Assembly: GCA_964187785.1 (NCBI GenBank)
Contig: OZ076409.1
Coordinates: 76,882,001-76,946,000, forward strand
Direction: 5' to 3'
Origin: Amphiscolops sp. MND2022
Taxonomy: Eukaryota
DNA length: 64,000 bases
How positions within the stretch are numbered: the first letter of the stretch is position 1; each line of letters starts with the position of its first letter. The notes under the pieces are model-generated. The model ran no database searches and was not told the origin of the DNA. It was given only the letters and a program-made list of their open reading frames with translations. Made by a program: the position numbers and the translations under genes. Positions 48,679 to 63,590 of the stretch are shown piece after piece.

Positions 48679-51600
48679 CACTTAAATTAGTTATCAAGAA
48701 TTTGTTTTCGCAAACTCTTATCTCTTTCAAATTTTACAATCGAATGTTAGAGGTTCTTTCACAGAAATAAACTACCAATAGAGCAGAATTGTAGCATATG
48801 TATTTAGGAAGATATCCTATTTTTTTGGAGTTAGTTAGATTTTTTTAGATTTAGTTAGATTTAGTCTTAAAAAGAGGCCGAAATTACTTTCAAATGGTTG
48901 GAACATCTGTAATTCGTTTCAGTTTCTCTTGCACGAAATTTTTTGCTGAAAAATTTCGTGTATGAAAATCTCAGGAATTTTTGCGGATGAAAATTTTAAT
49001 TCAGAAACAATACCTGAAAACCACACTGTGCCAAAACGTACCATTTTTAACTGTTCCATGCAAATTCTGTACATTTTTGGAAGGTTTTGAGGGTATGAAG
49101 ATTCAGAGAGTTGAAATCAAACTATTTAGCTACTCACATACTTCTGTAGAGAGTAGCATTTTCTTCAAAGTACGGTCAAGTCGACCAAAGTGTGAAAGTT
49201 CTGAAATTTAGGAATTGGAAAAACACTGAATTAATTTCCGTTATTTATTGAAACACTGGTATTGTTTTTTGTAATCGAAGCGGTGTAAGGTTGTTTTGAA
49301 AAAGTATTGTAATTAAAATCATATACATTGAACATTCAAACAAATACTTAAAACGGAAATCATTCCAACACTTTTTGCAGTAACCTGCAATGTCGATTTC
49401 ATTTGGTAATTTTTCCTGGAAAAAACTTTTAATCTTTCGTTTCACAGCCATGTGGATCGATTTTTTCATTTTATATTTATTTGGTCAGGTTTTCTATAGT
49501 GGGCTCCGGGAGTATTTTATTGGGGAAGCTATTGTTCGTATAGTTTCTGCGTGGAAAGTTTAATTACTATTTGTCCGTTCGCCTTTGGTTTTTGACAGCA
49601 CCAGTAGCTGTTTTTTTGCAAAATAGGGTAAAATTCCATATTTCAGTTTTGGCTGAATACCAAAGCATAGTGTGGCAAAACACGTATCTGTTGAATCCGT
49701 TAAATGGTCTTTTAGCGTAAGTCAGTCAGGATGCTGTACGCCTGGAAGGTGTAGCTGTGTCAACGCGCGTTATGGAAAAGTTCATGTAGAAAATGAGAAG
49801 TGGTCCAAAATGCACTTTTCCGTAGTTCAGTCAAACTCTGATTAACTTTCACTTATTACAAGTATAGCCATCCAACCTTTGCAAAATGTGGAATGTGGTC
49901 AAAGTTTGACTAACATACACCATGCATTCAATATTCAGTGTCCTTTTCAATTCCAATTCACACCACCACAGCGAAAAACAGTCGTTAGCAAAGCTGATAT
50001 GTCCCCAGATTGATCGGTCAACTAATTGATGAACTGGTTAATTGTAGTCTCGGTTTTGAGCTACAGTATTCACACTGATAAATAAGGATCCCTGTCATGA
50101 GCATCAACAACAAAAAATTCATAATTCTGAAAACTTATCAACTTGAAAGCAAAATAAAATTGATTAATCCGGAGAACAAGGTCATATGCATTATTAATCA
50201 TAAAACAAAATCAATGAAGTAAATACAAATTTTACAAAGTGGCAGTAAAATTTACGTAAGTACGCATAAACTGCGTGTATTTAATCAACGCATTTTACGT
50301 GAATAATGGAATCAGTGATAATCTCATCAGTCAACCTTTTATTGAACTGGTTATTTTTGGTCGCTGTCGTGAGCACTTCCATTATCACTGTCTAATTGCT
50401 AATTAGTAGTACAACTATGTGATATAAGTGATTCATATTTAGGTTATAAGTTTAACTGATTCATATTGTGTATGCGAATCAAGTAGTGGAAGCATAAAAT
50501 GATCTGTGTAACTACAAGAACCACTCGTATTCACCAGAAGCACCTACGAATATGAGATGGACAGTGTAGGTAGCCAATTTGCGCAGAAACGGTGTTTGGT
50601 GTAACCTAGTCACCTACTGTAATTTCCGATGAAGTCAATTGGTCATACAAAGCTGTGTCATTTAGTGTAACGAGTTATCAATGCGTGTAATGTGTGTAAA
50701 CCTTCCAAAAAACGTATTCGCGTTCTGATTGGACAAAATATGAACGTGCAAGATAGTGCTAGCTTGTTACCGGGTTGTGTCTCTATTGATGAACTTCAAA
50801 AAAGTCTTTCGAATTTTTCATGTTTCCTTTTAAATTTCAAAATGCTCGTTTATAGTTAGTATTTGAGGAAACGATCATAGTATCACCAGCATACTGTTTT
50901 ATCTCTGTTCTCTGTGATTGTTTCCTTCATTCGATTGACACTAATGTTGAAGAGCAGAGGTCATATAAAAGTTCTTTGATGAAAACCTTGATATAATCTA
51001 CTCTGATTTCCAGTTATTGAGCTTTACCTTCTGCATCTCTTGATTGAATAACTGTACATCAATGAAGTAGCGGTTTTGTTAAAGTTAAGGTTTAGCAAGT
51101 CTTCAAAAAAGGTCCAATGCAAAAAAGAAATTGTTGCTTCGGACATATCAAGGAATGCAGTCGCTACCACCTTATTCAAATCTATTTTTCACAATTTTTC
51201 GAGTCCCAAAACGCAGTGCATTTGTTGACAAAAAACCAGCTCGAAAACCGACAATCATTTGATCTTTTTTATCTTTCGCGAAACTTTTTGGAAGAGCTGA
51301 AATATTAAGATGGGTCTGTAGTTGCATGTCTTCTCCAGATTATCATTTGCTGCTTTCTTAAGAGATGTCAGTAGAGTGTCAGATACAGTGAGCTCTAAAG
51401 TGTCTGCATGCGGGACTGATTTAAGGATAAAAGCATTTGGCCTATTCTGGTGTGGTGTCAGGATTGCGTGATTATCATCGCATCATTGCTCAGCCTTTGA
51501 CAAGTTTTTCATCCTTAGCTCAGTGGTATGATCATTACAAACAACACGGAACGTCACGAATCGGCGCCCCATTTAAAGCTCAAAAAGCGCAAAGTTTGGA

Positions 51601-53247
51601 ACTTTGCTTGGAATTTTGTCTATTGTCTATGAAAAACTCACAAAACAGTGCCGAAACACCCGAAAATACTTTTCGTGCTGGAAATACGTTTCAAAATATT
51701 GAATGGGCGTGCTGGTCAATACGCGAGCGCTTTTTTTGAACTTCTGCCTTCTCCTCCTCAGTAAAATGCCAGTTTACTTCGGATATAACTCAAAAGTTTG
51801 CATATAGTGCTAGGCCACATGGGAACGCTTTTTTCCGTTTTTTCCTGATGAAAACTCAATATACTTCGGATATAAATAACATCACAAAGCCTGCTATAGC
51901 GAGCCACGATGCCTTCAGGAGTGTGGCGCAGATTGTAAACGTAGACCGTTCTGAGTGAAATCATCATCTGACAAACATAAACTTGCCACTGTAATAGCCG
52001 GACACATTTTCTTCTAAAATGTGCCGATTAAAAAATGCATTCAGGGAGAAAACAAAATCGATCAGAGCAATGGCGAGGAGTCAGGCCTTCGTGATCACGC
52101 TTTCAAGCCTTACATTACTTGACCAATGGCTGCAAAAATTGTACAATAGCTTGCTGGGGGGAGGAAGTTTCCAAAAGAGGCTCCGACTTAGAAACGCGAA
52201 ACTGCTCCTTCGGCGTCCGTCTCGTGGAGTTCAACTTTGTTCGCCTTTTTTTCTCAGTTTTCGACTTCTTAAGCAATTCGTTCTTTATGTTGGGTTGTCT
52301 TAGGTAGGCATATGAACAATAAAAGGCTTAGCTGTTTGGTATAATCCTAAATGAAGCGATATGGATTTTGCTATATCAAAAAAGATGGAATGAAAAGATG
52401 TCCGTTTTAAAAAAATTTCAAGCGTTTTGCGAAGTTCGTAGTTCATTCGCTACGTTAGGTTTTCGAACATTGCTAAAATATGTTCGGGTGGAAAATATTC
52501 CAGTGCTCAACAGGCGCCTGTTTCAGCTCGTTTGTTACAGCTTATATCATTCAATGATCTGAAAAAGTTCGAACTTGAAATCTCGGAAATCTAAGTGAGC
52601 AGCCCTGTCTCTTACTGAAACTGTTATGAAAATCTGGGGAGTTATGTACCTTGAGTGGTTTGATGATTTCACCAATTCAGTGTACAGATTTCGGATTTCT
52701 TGTATCGGTTTCGGGTACAATTTTAGATTTAGTTTTCTGAAATTAAGGCTGACAACCTAATGCATACCATCGAAAGTGATCAATGTCACTACACCAGTGG
52801 TCACATTAATGATGTGACAGCCAAAAATCTTGGTTGTAGCATTAAACAGAAAAATAATTCACGAATAATTCAGTGAATTTTATGATAAAATTGAATCTAA
52901 TCGTTAGATATTGATGAGCTGGTGAGAATTTCTGTCTCAAATGCCGTGTTTTTGCTCCATGAAGATTATCATATTGGCTATTTCCTTATTTTTTTTCAAT
53001 TTCAAGTTTGATTATCTTCTTTTACGTGCCTTTGTCCTGAGTTGTGTTCAATTGGCTAGCTATTCAAAATCTTTCAACGCTATTCAAAATTCGAAGTCAG
53101 AAAAAAATGATTAAATGAACACTCCACGTGAGTTCTGTTGAACTTCGTTTCACAACCAATTATTTCGGCTGTAATGGAATTCTTGATGTTCGATTGAAAG
53201 AGATATATATCTAAAACGATTATTCTAACATACTATTACTATTCTGA

Positions 53248-56137
53248 TATTATTATTTTCCGTCCATATTTCATATGGAAAAGGAAAATATTTAAATTAA
53301 ACGGTTTTTTTAATAAAATTTGCCAAGCACCAAATTTATATCCAAGCTAAAGGGTTGCACCCATAGAATTTAACTGACGTAAAATTAGTATTATGCGGTA
53401 GGTATTGGTAGAGATTTTTGGATTTTTTGGTTGACCCCAAAAGACCCCAGAATGACCTAAAATGACCACAAAAATTATAAAAACTTCAAATGTTTCCGAT
53501 TTTTGACAATTTTATGCAATTTTTGTAATTTTTTTGATAGATTTCGTAGCTTAGATTGTTGGAAACGTTCGAAAGGGAAATATTTCGTTATCCACGAGGC
53601 TTTTTTGAAGAAATAAATGCAATTTTTCAATGAAAAAAGCCTCAAGTTGAGAACGAAATTGAAAAAAAAACTCGAAAAAGTTCAGATTTTTAACGTTTTT
53701 ATGCAATTTTCGTCAAATTTTTGATTCACTTGCTAGCTTAGAAAGTTACAAAGGTTCAACAACTAGAGAATTCGTTGTCAAAGAGGCTTTTCTTCGAAAA
53801 GTTAAATGCGAGTTGTTTTGAAAAATTGCCTCAAATTTAGTCCGAATTTGAAAAAAATCCCAAAAAATTCAGTATTTTAAAAAATTCATGCAATTTCTGT
53901 CCATTTTTCGGACGACTTGGTGGCTTGGAATAATGGAAACGTTCAACAAAGAACAAAATCGTTGTCCGGGAGGCTTGTGTTAAGAAATAAACATAGTTTT
54001 CCAATGAAAAAAAGACTCAAAATGAGACCAAAAATGACAAAAACTCCAATTATAACGTTTCAATGCAACTTTTGTCAAATTTTCAGGAGAGTTAAATAAA
54101 TTTTTCTAATTAAAATTTTCGATTTTTCAACGCAATTCTTGTAAATTTTTCAACGTTTTCATAAATTAGAACTCGAAAATTGTTCAAAAACAAATGAATG
54201 CGTTGTTAAAAGGTTTTTTTGTTGGATTAGTGCTGGTTTCTGCTAAAAATAAGCTTTAATTTGACACAGAAATTGTCGAAAAACCGAAAGTTTCCAGTTT
54301 AGGTAGCTTCTTCAGGTTACACTTTTTGAGAATTTTGGTGAGTAGAAGAGTTGAAACAATCAAAGGCAAAAAAATCAGGTATGTAGTTTTGTTTTTTGAA
54401 GAGAAAATTGCAGTGTTTTACATCAGAAAAACTTCAAAACAACACAAGTGAGTCGGAAAGTAGAATTGAACTTTCAAACACTTTTGTGCAAGAGTCTGTG
54501 AAATTTCGAAACGCGGCGAGGGTTAGAATAATAGAATTCTTCAACAGCTTTTGCAGTTGATATCTAGTTGGTTTTTGTGGGAGATATTCGCTGGTTTGTG
54601 TTTGGAAAACGTCTCAATCTGAAACGAAAACTACAAAATATCGAAAGTTTCTTTTTTAACAACTTTAGTGATTGTTAGTGAACCTAGATGGTCCTGAAAC
54701 TCCAGTCGATCAAGCTTTGCAGTACGCCTTTTGAAGGAAAACATTTGTAGTTTACTGGATAAAACATTATGTCAGAATGACCCAAATGAGTCGAAAATCC
54801 GAAACTTTTTCCGAAAAACAAATTTTTGAAGAAATTTTGTAAATTTCGTTAATTTGAAGAGTGAAAACGTTCAACAGCCGCGAACATTCAAACAAACGCG
54901 AAAAAGAGTAGAGATTTCGAAAACAATTGCAGTTTCATATTCGAAAAGAACTTCATAATGACCCCAGAATAACCATAAATTAAAAACAATTCGAAATTTT
55001 TGACGTTTTAAACCCAGTTCTTTCACAAAGTTTTGGAGGATTTCGTAAATTAGAACGTTATAACATTGAATTAGCCTTTCGAAACATTGCTCAGTAAACG
55101 TTTTGAAAAAATAAATGCAAGTTAGCAAAGGAAAAATTCCTCAATTTCACCCCAAACTTTTAAAATCCAAATCTTTCCAGCTTGTTGTTTTTCCTGCAGT
55201 TTGTGTACACTTTCTGAAAATTTTTCGAACTAAGAAAGTTGAATACACTCAAAACTGATGAAACTACATAAACAGTATGCTTTTTTGAAGAAGGAGTTGG
55301 AGTATTTTGCTTCGAAATCACTTCAAAAATGACCCTGATGAGTCGGAAGAGTAAAAATTCTAAATTCAACGTTTCTCTTGCAAAGTTCTGAATTTTTTAG
55401 TTTTTTTCGTTGAAAGAATTAAAATGTTCAACAGCACACGAATGCGTTATTCAGTAAGCCTTTCGAGGGACAATTGCAGTTTCACGTTAGCATCAAAATG
55501 ACCCCAAGAGCATCAAAATGACCCCAAAACTTTGTTGTGTGTCAAATTAGGTAATTTTTATTGAAAGTTATCAAAATTTCGCAATATTCAAAAAGTCTAA
55601 TAGGCTTGCAGAATGTTCAGAAAAAGACTTGTACAACTTTGTAAGTAAAAAACTCGTCAAAACAACTTGAAATCAATAAAAAATACTTTTTTGTTTTTAA
55701 AATGTCGATATACGTTTTGTAAACATATCACTTCGAGCAATTTTGTAATTCAAGAACGACTGGACCCGTCATCCAATAGGAGTTTCTAAAAAGACATCTA
55801 CAGCTTCTTCGAAAAGCTCTTTAAATGACTGCAATGTTGTCGAAAATGCAGTTTTTCCAATTTTCGCCGTTTTTGGAGACTCTACGCGAAATTATCAGAA
55901 ACATTTGACTGGTTTAGTTTTGGTATACACCCAAGCCGACAATAAAAACAAATAAGTTTTTGATGTGTTCTTGAAATGTTTCCTTTTGAAATAGGATGAC
56001 ATTATTCAAAAAGTGTCGAAACTTTTTTTTCATTATCTATGCGTTTTCATAGTGCAATGGCTACTCTCGAGTCTCAAAAAGTCATTGCTAGAACAGTTTG
56101 GAACGGAAAATATCCTGCTGGTCAGCGGCTCTCTGTT
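53248..56137 (+). mobile_element. Family-A DINE-1/Helentron-like element (~2.9 kb) with degenerate ~187-bp internal repeats
   Basis: Family-A 5' and 3' ends; ATGCAATTT and CCTCAA/AATGACCCC motifs recur at ~187-bp spacing (ATGCAATTT at ~53514, 53701, 53889). Confidence 0.7.
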
Positions 56138-56220
56138 CCAATATATTATCATTGCTTCCGCATGACGATAGAAAGCGTATAATAGTTAACTATTATACAA
56201 TTATTTTCCTTCATGTCAAT

Positions 56221-59150
56221 TACAACTGAAACCCTTTTGCATTCACAGAAATATGATTCCTGAAAAAATAACACATAGCTCCATTTAAATAATCCTACGA
56301 AGTCTTTCCGAGCTTTCTCTCAGAAACTGTAAAAAAAGGTTTGTTGCATAAAAGTAACATGACAAACTTTCCAGCATATTCAACTAGAGTTTATTTATTT
56401 TTGTGTAAGGTTTTGACTCCAGCACATTCAACTAGAGTTTATTTCTTTTTGTGTAAGCTTGAAAATTAGTCACGATTATTTGTCGGCAACGTTTTGACAG
56501 TGGCCACTTTACAACTGCCAATTTCAACGTCCCCATTATACTAAAAATTTTACCAAAGTTGGGAAATGTTATCTGACTGGTAGGGGAATTAAGAGTCTAA
56601 TGTAACCCAGGAAAGTAAATGTTTAAAAGAAAAGATTGCGTATGAAAAATTTGCTAAAGTATGAAAAACTATTACGTATGAAAAAACATGTTGAAAAATA
56701 TGCTATTTGGAAGGACCTATTTGTAGGTTGAGTAGCACCAAAAACTCTTGAAAGAATTTTATGTTCTCGGTAAGCAAAATTCTTCTCAACAATGAAGGAA
56801 CAATTTTTCTATTGCTCTTTTCTTTTTGAGTAAGCATTTCCGAGTCGTATGCTAACAGATATATGGAGACTGAAAAAAAACAGGGAAATCGAGAATAAAT
56901 TGAAATATACAGAAAACGTTTTGAACAGATTGATGAAAAATTTTTGCGAAAAATTGTTGACATAATTTTGGAAATATTGAATTGTAAAGTTGTTGTGAAA
57001 AATCTAGTGACTTGGGATAGTAATATTGATTACAAGCTCTTTAGTTCCAAAAGAGAAGAATTGTTTTCGATAAATTTTATTGATTGAAGTGATATGAATT
57101 TTCAGATGGGCTAAAAATAGCGCCGTTAAAATATTTCCAGCGATTTGTGAACAATTTTTTTTGGAAATCCTAAATTCCATGAAAAAACCTTACAACTGAA
57201 ACCCTTTTGCATTCACAGAAGTATGATTCCTGAAAAAATACCACGTAGCTCCATTTAAAAAATCCTACGAAGTCTTTCCGAGCTTTCTCTCAGAATTTTC
57301 CAAAACTGTAAAAAAAGGTTTGTTGCACAAAAGTAACATGACAAACTTTCCAGCACATTCAACTAGAGTTTATTTATTTTTGAGTAAGGTTTTGACTCCA
57401 GCACATTCAACTAGAGTTTATTTCTTTTTGTGTAAGCTTGAAAATTAGTCAAGATTATTTGTCGGCAACGTTTTGACAGTGGCCACTTTACAACTGCCAA
57501 TTTCAACGTCCCCATTATACTAAATATTTTACCAAAGTTGGGGAATGTTATCTGACTGGTAGGGGAATTAAGAGTCTAATGTAACCCAGAAAAGTAAATT
57601 TTTAAAAGAAAAGATTGCGTATGAAAAAATTGCTAAAGTATGAAAAACTATTACGAATGAAAAAACATGTTGAAAAATATGCTATTTGGAAGGACCTATT
57701 TGTAGGTTGAGTAGCACCAAAAACTCTTGAAAGAATTTTATGTTCTCGGTAAGCAAAATTCTTCTCAACAATGAGGGAACAATTTTTCTATTGCTCTTTT
57801 CTTTTTGAGTAAGCATTTCCGAGTCGTATGCTAACAGATATATGGAGACTGAAAAAAAAACAGGGAAGTCGAGAATAAATTGAAATATACAGAAAACGTT
57901 TTGAACAGATTGATGAAAAATTTTTGCAAAAAATTGTTGACATAATTTTGGAAATATTGAATTGTAAAGTTGTTGTGAAAAATCTAGTGACTTGGGATAG
58001 TAATATTGATTACAAGCTCTTTAGTTCCAAAAGAGAAGAAATGTTTTCGATAAATTTTATTGATTGAAGTGATATGAATTTTCAGATCTGCTAAAAATAG
58101 CGCCGTTAATATATTTCCAGCGATTTGTTAACAATTTTTTTTGGAAATCCTAAATTCCATGAAAAAACTTTACAACTGAAACCCTTTTGCATTCACAGAA
58201 GTATGATTCCTGAAAAAATACCACGTAGCTCCATTTAAATAATCCTACGAAGTCTTTCCGAGCTTTCTCTCAGAATTTTCCAAAACTGTAAAAAACGGTT
58301 TGTTGCATAAAAGTAACATGACAAACTTTCCAGCACATTCAACTAGAGTTTATTTATTTTTGAGTAAGGTTTTGACTCCAGCACATTCAACTAGAGTTTA
58401 TTTCTTTTTGTGTAAGCTTGAAAATTAGTCAAGATTATTTGTCGGCAACGTTTTGACAGTGGCCACTTTACAACTGCCAATTTCAACGTCCCCATTATAC
58501 TAAATATTTTACCAAAGTTGGGGAATGTTATCTGACTGGTAGGGGAATTAGGAGTCTAATGTAACCCAGAAAAGTAAATGTTTAAAAGAAAAGATTGCGT
58601 ATGAAAAATTTGCTAAAGTATGAAAAACTATTACGTATGAAAAAACATGTTGAAAAATATGCTATTTAGAAGGACCTATTTGTAGGTTGAGTAGCACCAA
58701 AAACTCTTGAAAGAATTTTATGTTCTCGGTAAGCAAAATTCTTCTCAACAATGAAGGAACAATTTTTCTATTGCTCTTTTTTTTTGAGTAAGCATTTCCG
58801 AGTCGTATGCTAACAGATATATGGAGACTGAAAAAAAAACAGGGAAATCGAGAATAAATTAAAATATACAGAAAACGTTTTGAACAGATTGATGAAAAAT
58901 TTTTGCGAAAAATTGTTGACATAATTTTGGAAATATTGAATTGTAAAGTTGTTGTGAAAAATCTAGTGACTTGGGATAGTAATATTGATTACAAGCTCTT
59001 TAGTTCCAAAAGAGAAGAAATGTTTTCGAAAAATTTTATTGATTGAAGTGATATGAATTTTCATATGGGCTAAAAATAGCGCCGTTAAAATATTTCCAGC
59101 GATTTGTGAACATTTTTTTTTGGAAATCCTAAATTCCATGAAAAAACTTA
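56221..59150 (+). repeat. Tandem triplication of a ~970-980-bp unit
   Basis: Units start TACAACTGAAACCCTTTTGC at 56221, 57191 and 58171; near-identical with scattered SNPs; each has an internal ~48-bp duplication (CCAGCACATTCAACTAGAGTTTATTT). Confidence 0.95.
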
Positions 59151-60584
59151 GGGAAAAACTTCAGCCAATTATTGATTCTTGTGATGAATGAAAAAATGAA
59201 AATAATCAAAATTTGAAGCTGAATATCATTCTTTTGCTTCGCTTTTTGGCTTTCTTCTCATAATTGATTAAAAGAAAACATCAAAATCTGAAAAACTGAG
59301 CATTTAACAAACTGGAGGTATTTTATATTTAGTGTTCAATATCTGATTAATAGAATAGATTACACTTTTCAAAGAAGACATTCCACAATTCCATGGCAGT
59401 CGTAGTACGAATTGTAGTCTGTACATGTACATGATTGATACATTCTTGCTACGGTAGGCGTGATAGTGCTGTGAGGGCCAACCTGGTTTGCCATTATTTC
59501 TGTTACTTTAGCAGTTGAGAAAACACAAAACGGCGTTGAGCTCATTTTTTAAACATTTTTAGACAGAATCGAGCTGATAGGGTTTTGGCTCTGGGAATTG
59601 CTCCCATCGCAATATTACCCGGTGTTATTGTGTTAGAACCTTAACAATTTATGTGAACCATTCAATGTTAGATATTCAATAATCATTTTAACCTAAAATG
59701 ATAAGTTTCAGTCGGTATTTGGAGATGATACTTCGAGTTGGCTGTGAAAATTAATCCCTCAAGCGAATGAAAAGAGTGATCAACGCAGCCCCGGGGACTT
59801 TAAAGCTGAATTGAAGCAGACTACCCGGCCCCAGATTTCACACTCTGTTCAAAAGAATGCACAGGGCACGAAGAACTATAGATTGATTTTCAATTCTGTA
59901 TTATATTTTTAATTACATTCAATCCCATGCATTAAAATGACAAAACATTGTCATTTATCAGCTTCCATTGACGTCATATGAATGAGGTATAGGTCATTTT
60001 TGGTACCCATGGCATCATTCAAAACAAAGCATGAGCCCCTTGTGGCTTTGGTCGTGTTCTCTGCTTGGACATTGATGGGCATTATTAATGATCAGTTAAA
60101 AAAGTAGTTAAAAAAATATCAGAAATTTAGTTTTTTAAGGTCTTTGAAGACATTAATTTTCATCATGCCACCCACCAATAGTTAGACCACTAGCCATTTA
60201 TTACTTCGGAAAAGTTCAAACGTTCATATGCGAAACTTCATTTAAAAAATTATCTATTCGCATTTCAAAATAAAAAACATTGTCGCACGGTCAAAAAAGT
60301 TGAAAAAAAGTTCGCAACTGAGTCCGGTCACAAAGTTTGTATGCTGTTTTTGGATTCACTTGTTTTTTCATTCATTGACTTCTCGTTGTATTCCGAATGT
60401 TTTTGCTTCAGTTTTGTTGTCTCGCCTAACAAAATAGTCGGCGAAAAGATGTTTCTTTCCGCGCTTGACACAAATGTCCGAAACGGGGTATGCGTGTGTA
60501 GGTAGTTCCATAGTCCGCGCGTCAAAGAATCCTCCTTAAGATTGTGTGATACTAACTTTGTAATTCAGTTTCATTTCGTAATTA

Positions 60585-63500
60585 TATTATTTTCCGCCCA
60601 TATTCCATATGGGAAAGGAAAATATTTAAATCAAACGGTTTTTTTACAATAGGCCAAGCACCAAATTTATATTTAACTTTAAGGGTGTTACCCATAGAAC
60701 TCAACTCACATAAATTTAGCTTCGTGCGATATGTACTACATACATAGTATTTTTGGAGTCTTCTGGACGTTTTTTAGTTGACCACAAGGACCCCAGAATG
60801 ACGCCAAAACGACCCCAAAAATGAGAAGATTCCACAATGAAAACGTTTGTCTTCCAGTAGATTCTTGCATCTAGTTTATTTCAGTTTCCGAATTGAAAAA
60901 ATCTCAAAATCGCACCGGAAATAACAACAAACGCAAAGTTATCCAATTTTCAAAATTTTCATGCCAATTTTGTTAAAGTCTCCATAGACTTCGTTGATTG
61001 GAATGTTTAAAAGGGTCAGCAAGGAAAGGGTTGATTGTCCAGTAGTCTTTCAGGAAGAGAGAATTGCAGTTGTTTGAATGAAAAAGGTCTCAAACAGACA
61101 CCGAAAAAAAATTCCAAAATTTTTTAATTTTCAAAGTTTTTTTCATTTTTCCCAAATTTTTGAGAGATTTTGTGGGTTGGAATGTTGAAAAAGGTCAATG
61201 AGGAAAGAATGTGTTGTCCAGTATGCTTTGAGGAGATGAATGCCGTTATTTTAATAAACAAGACGGGAACGTCTCAAGTCGGTGCTATATCTAAAGCTCA
61301 AAAAGCGCAAAACATTTTTTGGGGACTCTTTTGGGACATTAAAAAAATTTCAAAAAAAAGTCGCACAGTGCCAAAAAAATCGAAAGGGGGACCCTTTAGT
61401 CCCGTCCGGGCTTGTAGGTAACGTTTAAAAAGTAAATGAATGCGCTCCCCGTTTGCCTTTACCGGTCCAGTAGTTTAGTACTGTATTTAGTAGTTGAACG
61501 TTAATTTTAACGTTCGTCGCTTCGAGTCTGTCTTAAATAAAAAAAACGAGTGACTGTAATAGTCGGGCTCTTTTCTTAAGAAAAGCGCCGACTAAAAATG
61601 TCTGGAATTGACATCGAAAAAAAAGGAAAATTCAAATAATTGCCGAGTTTTACCATTTTTGGCAAAACTATTGATAGACTTCTTGGACTAGAAGGTTAAA
61701 ACCTCTGAATGATGGGATAACTTGTTGTTTTGCTGAGTGTTTGTTGTATTTGATGCAATTTTTGTACGATTGCCGAGAGATTCCGTTGTAAGTTTCAACA
61801 CAATCAGCAACAAAAGAACGAGATATGCAATTTTTTTTGAAAAAAATTGGCAGTTTTTTGCATTAAAACCACTTCAGAATGACTCCAAATGAATCGAAAA
61901 ATTTCAACATCATCGTTTCTGTGGAATTTGTGTGATTTTTCAACCGTTTTGGAGTCATAATGTTGGCAGACGTTCAATAAAGAGTGAACTCATAATCCTG
62001 TAGGCTTTTAAAGAAATGTTGAAGACTTTGGTTGAAAAATGGCTCAAAATTGACCGCAAAACGTCTAAATTTTCACCAATTTCTGTTAATATCAGTGCAA
62101 TTTTATTTGAGGTTGAAAAATTTTGGCAAAATCAAAGCTTCGAAAAGCTCCAGGTGATGAAACTAGGTCCAAATCACGTTTTCCACAACGAATTTGATAT
62201 GAATTAGTGAAGTAAGTTTCCTCAGAACGACCCAAAGTTTTACATTTCTAGGCAGTTTTTTGGACACAATTAGAGCTACTTCTTTGCTCATAATGGATTA
62301 AAAAACTCAACAATGGCAAATGCTGGTATCCAATGGCCAATATTGAAGATATAGCTAAACATTTATGCCGAGTTACCCCAAAACCCATGAAACAACAAAA
62401 AATCACCTTTTGGACAAATTAACCCCGTTTTCTACTCAAACTACGAAAGATTTTGACAAATAGAACTTCCATTGACATGAACGGCGAAACAATGGGGCAT
62501 TTGAAACGCGATAAAGTGGAATGAAAATCATCGAGTTTTAACAAAAGTGTCGAATTTTCCAAACTTTCCTAATTTTCGACAACATAGTCCCATTTTGGGA
62601 CACTTTCCGGAATCCTTCTTCAATCAGAAACACCATAGGCTCAGGGCTCAAACGTGTAGCTACCGGTACTGGTTCAAAAAGAAGTCAGACAAGTGTATTA
62701 GCCCAACTTCCAAAAATTTTTCTTGAAAACGTAAATTTGGGCCTTATTTGTACAAAATTTAACATCAACAAGCTCCAAGCAATATATTTAGGTATGAATT
62801 ACCACCTTCCAAAGTAAATTGTTTCGAGCTGTTTTGTGGGTTATAATATTTTGAACATTCAACAACAGGTAAACTCGGTGTCCGGTAAGCTTTTTTTGAG
62901 AGACAACCGTAGAGTTATGTTAGAAAAGTTCCTCAAATTGACCCCAAAGTTGTCGAAAAAATTTCCAATTTTGACAGTTCCGGAAATACTTTGTGCAATA
63001 ATATAACAAACAGGCACCGTTCAAGTTTCCTAAACTTGCAAAAGACCTAGTTTCATACTTTTTCTGTTTTCTTTGTACCAAAAATTACCCCAAGAAATAC
63101 GTCTGAAACTCGGTAACTACTTTTCCTCAAACAGCAATCACAGAAAACCCTTTTTAAATTTTTTTTGGAAAATCCTATGATGGCGAAACACGTTTCAGCT
63201 CGCAAAACTACTTTTCCCAACCCGAAAACAAATTCCCAATCAATAAGAAAACTCATCAGTTCCACAGGATCAAAAGAGATTCGGGAAACCTATATACTTT
63301 CCAGAAATCCTCAAAAACTAAAAGTTTCGAAAAATGTTCTTCAAATTTATCAAAAATTTCTCTTCACTCGGTAAGTCGCATAGTGCCGCAAAAAACCACA
63401 AGTGGCCAGCTAGCGCAAAATACTAAATTAGGTGTTTCCTGTGAAAATGGGTAAAAAAGAATCAAAGCTTGCTTTTATTCGAACTTCTTTGCATTTTTAT

Positions 63501-63590
63501 AGTGCATTGGCTATTCTTGAGCCTCAAATTTATGTAGTTGTAGAACAGTTTGGGGCGGAAAATGTCTCGCTGTTCAGCAGGCGTCTTGTT
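60585..63590 (+). mobile_element. Family-A DINE-1/Helentron-like element (~3.0 kb) with nested family-B copy
   Basis: 5' TATTTTCCGCCCATATTCCATATGGG; 3' GGGGCGGAAAATGTCTCGCTGTTCAGCAGGCGTCTTGTT. Confidence 0.7.
61257..61598 (-). mobile_element. Family-B element nested in the family-A copy
   Basis: AACAAGACGGGAACGTCTCAAGTCGGTGC ... GCGCCGACTAAAAA. Confidence 0.7.

Noticed and set aside
60328..60525. 65-aa minus-strand ORF
   Set aside because: Non-ATG start and no recognisable domain.
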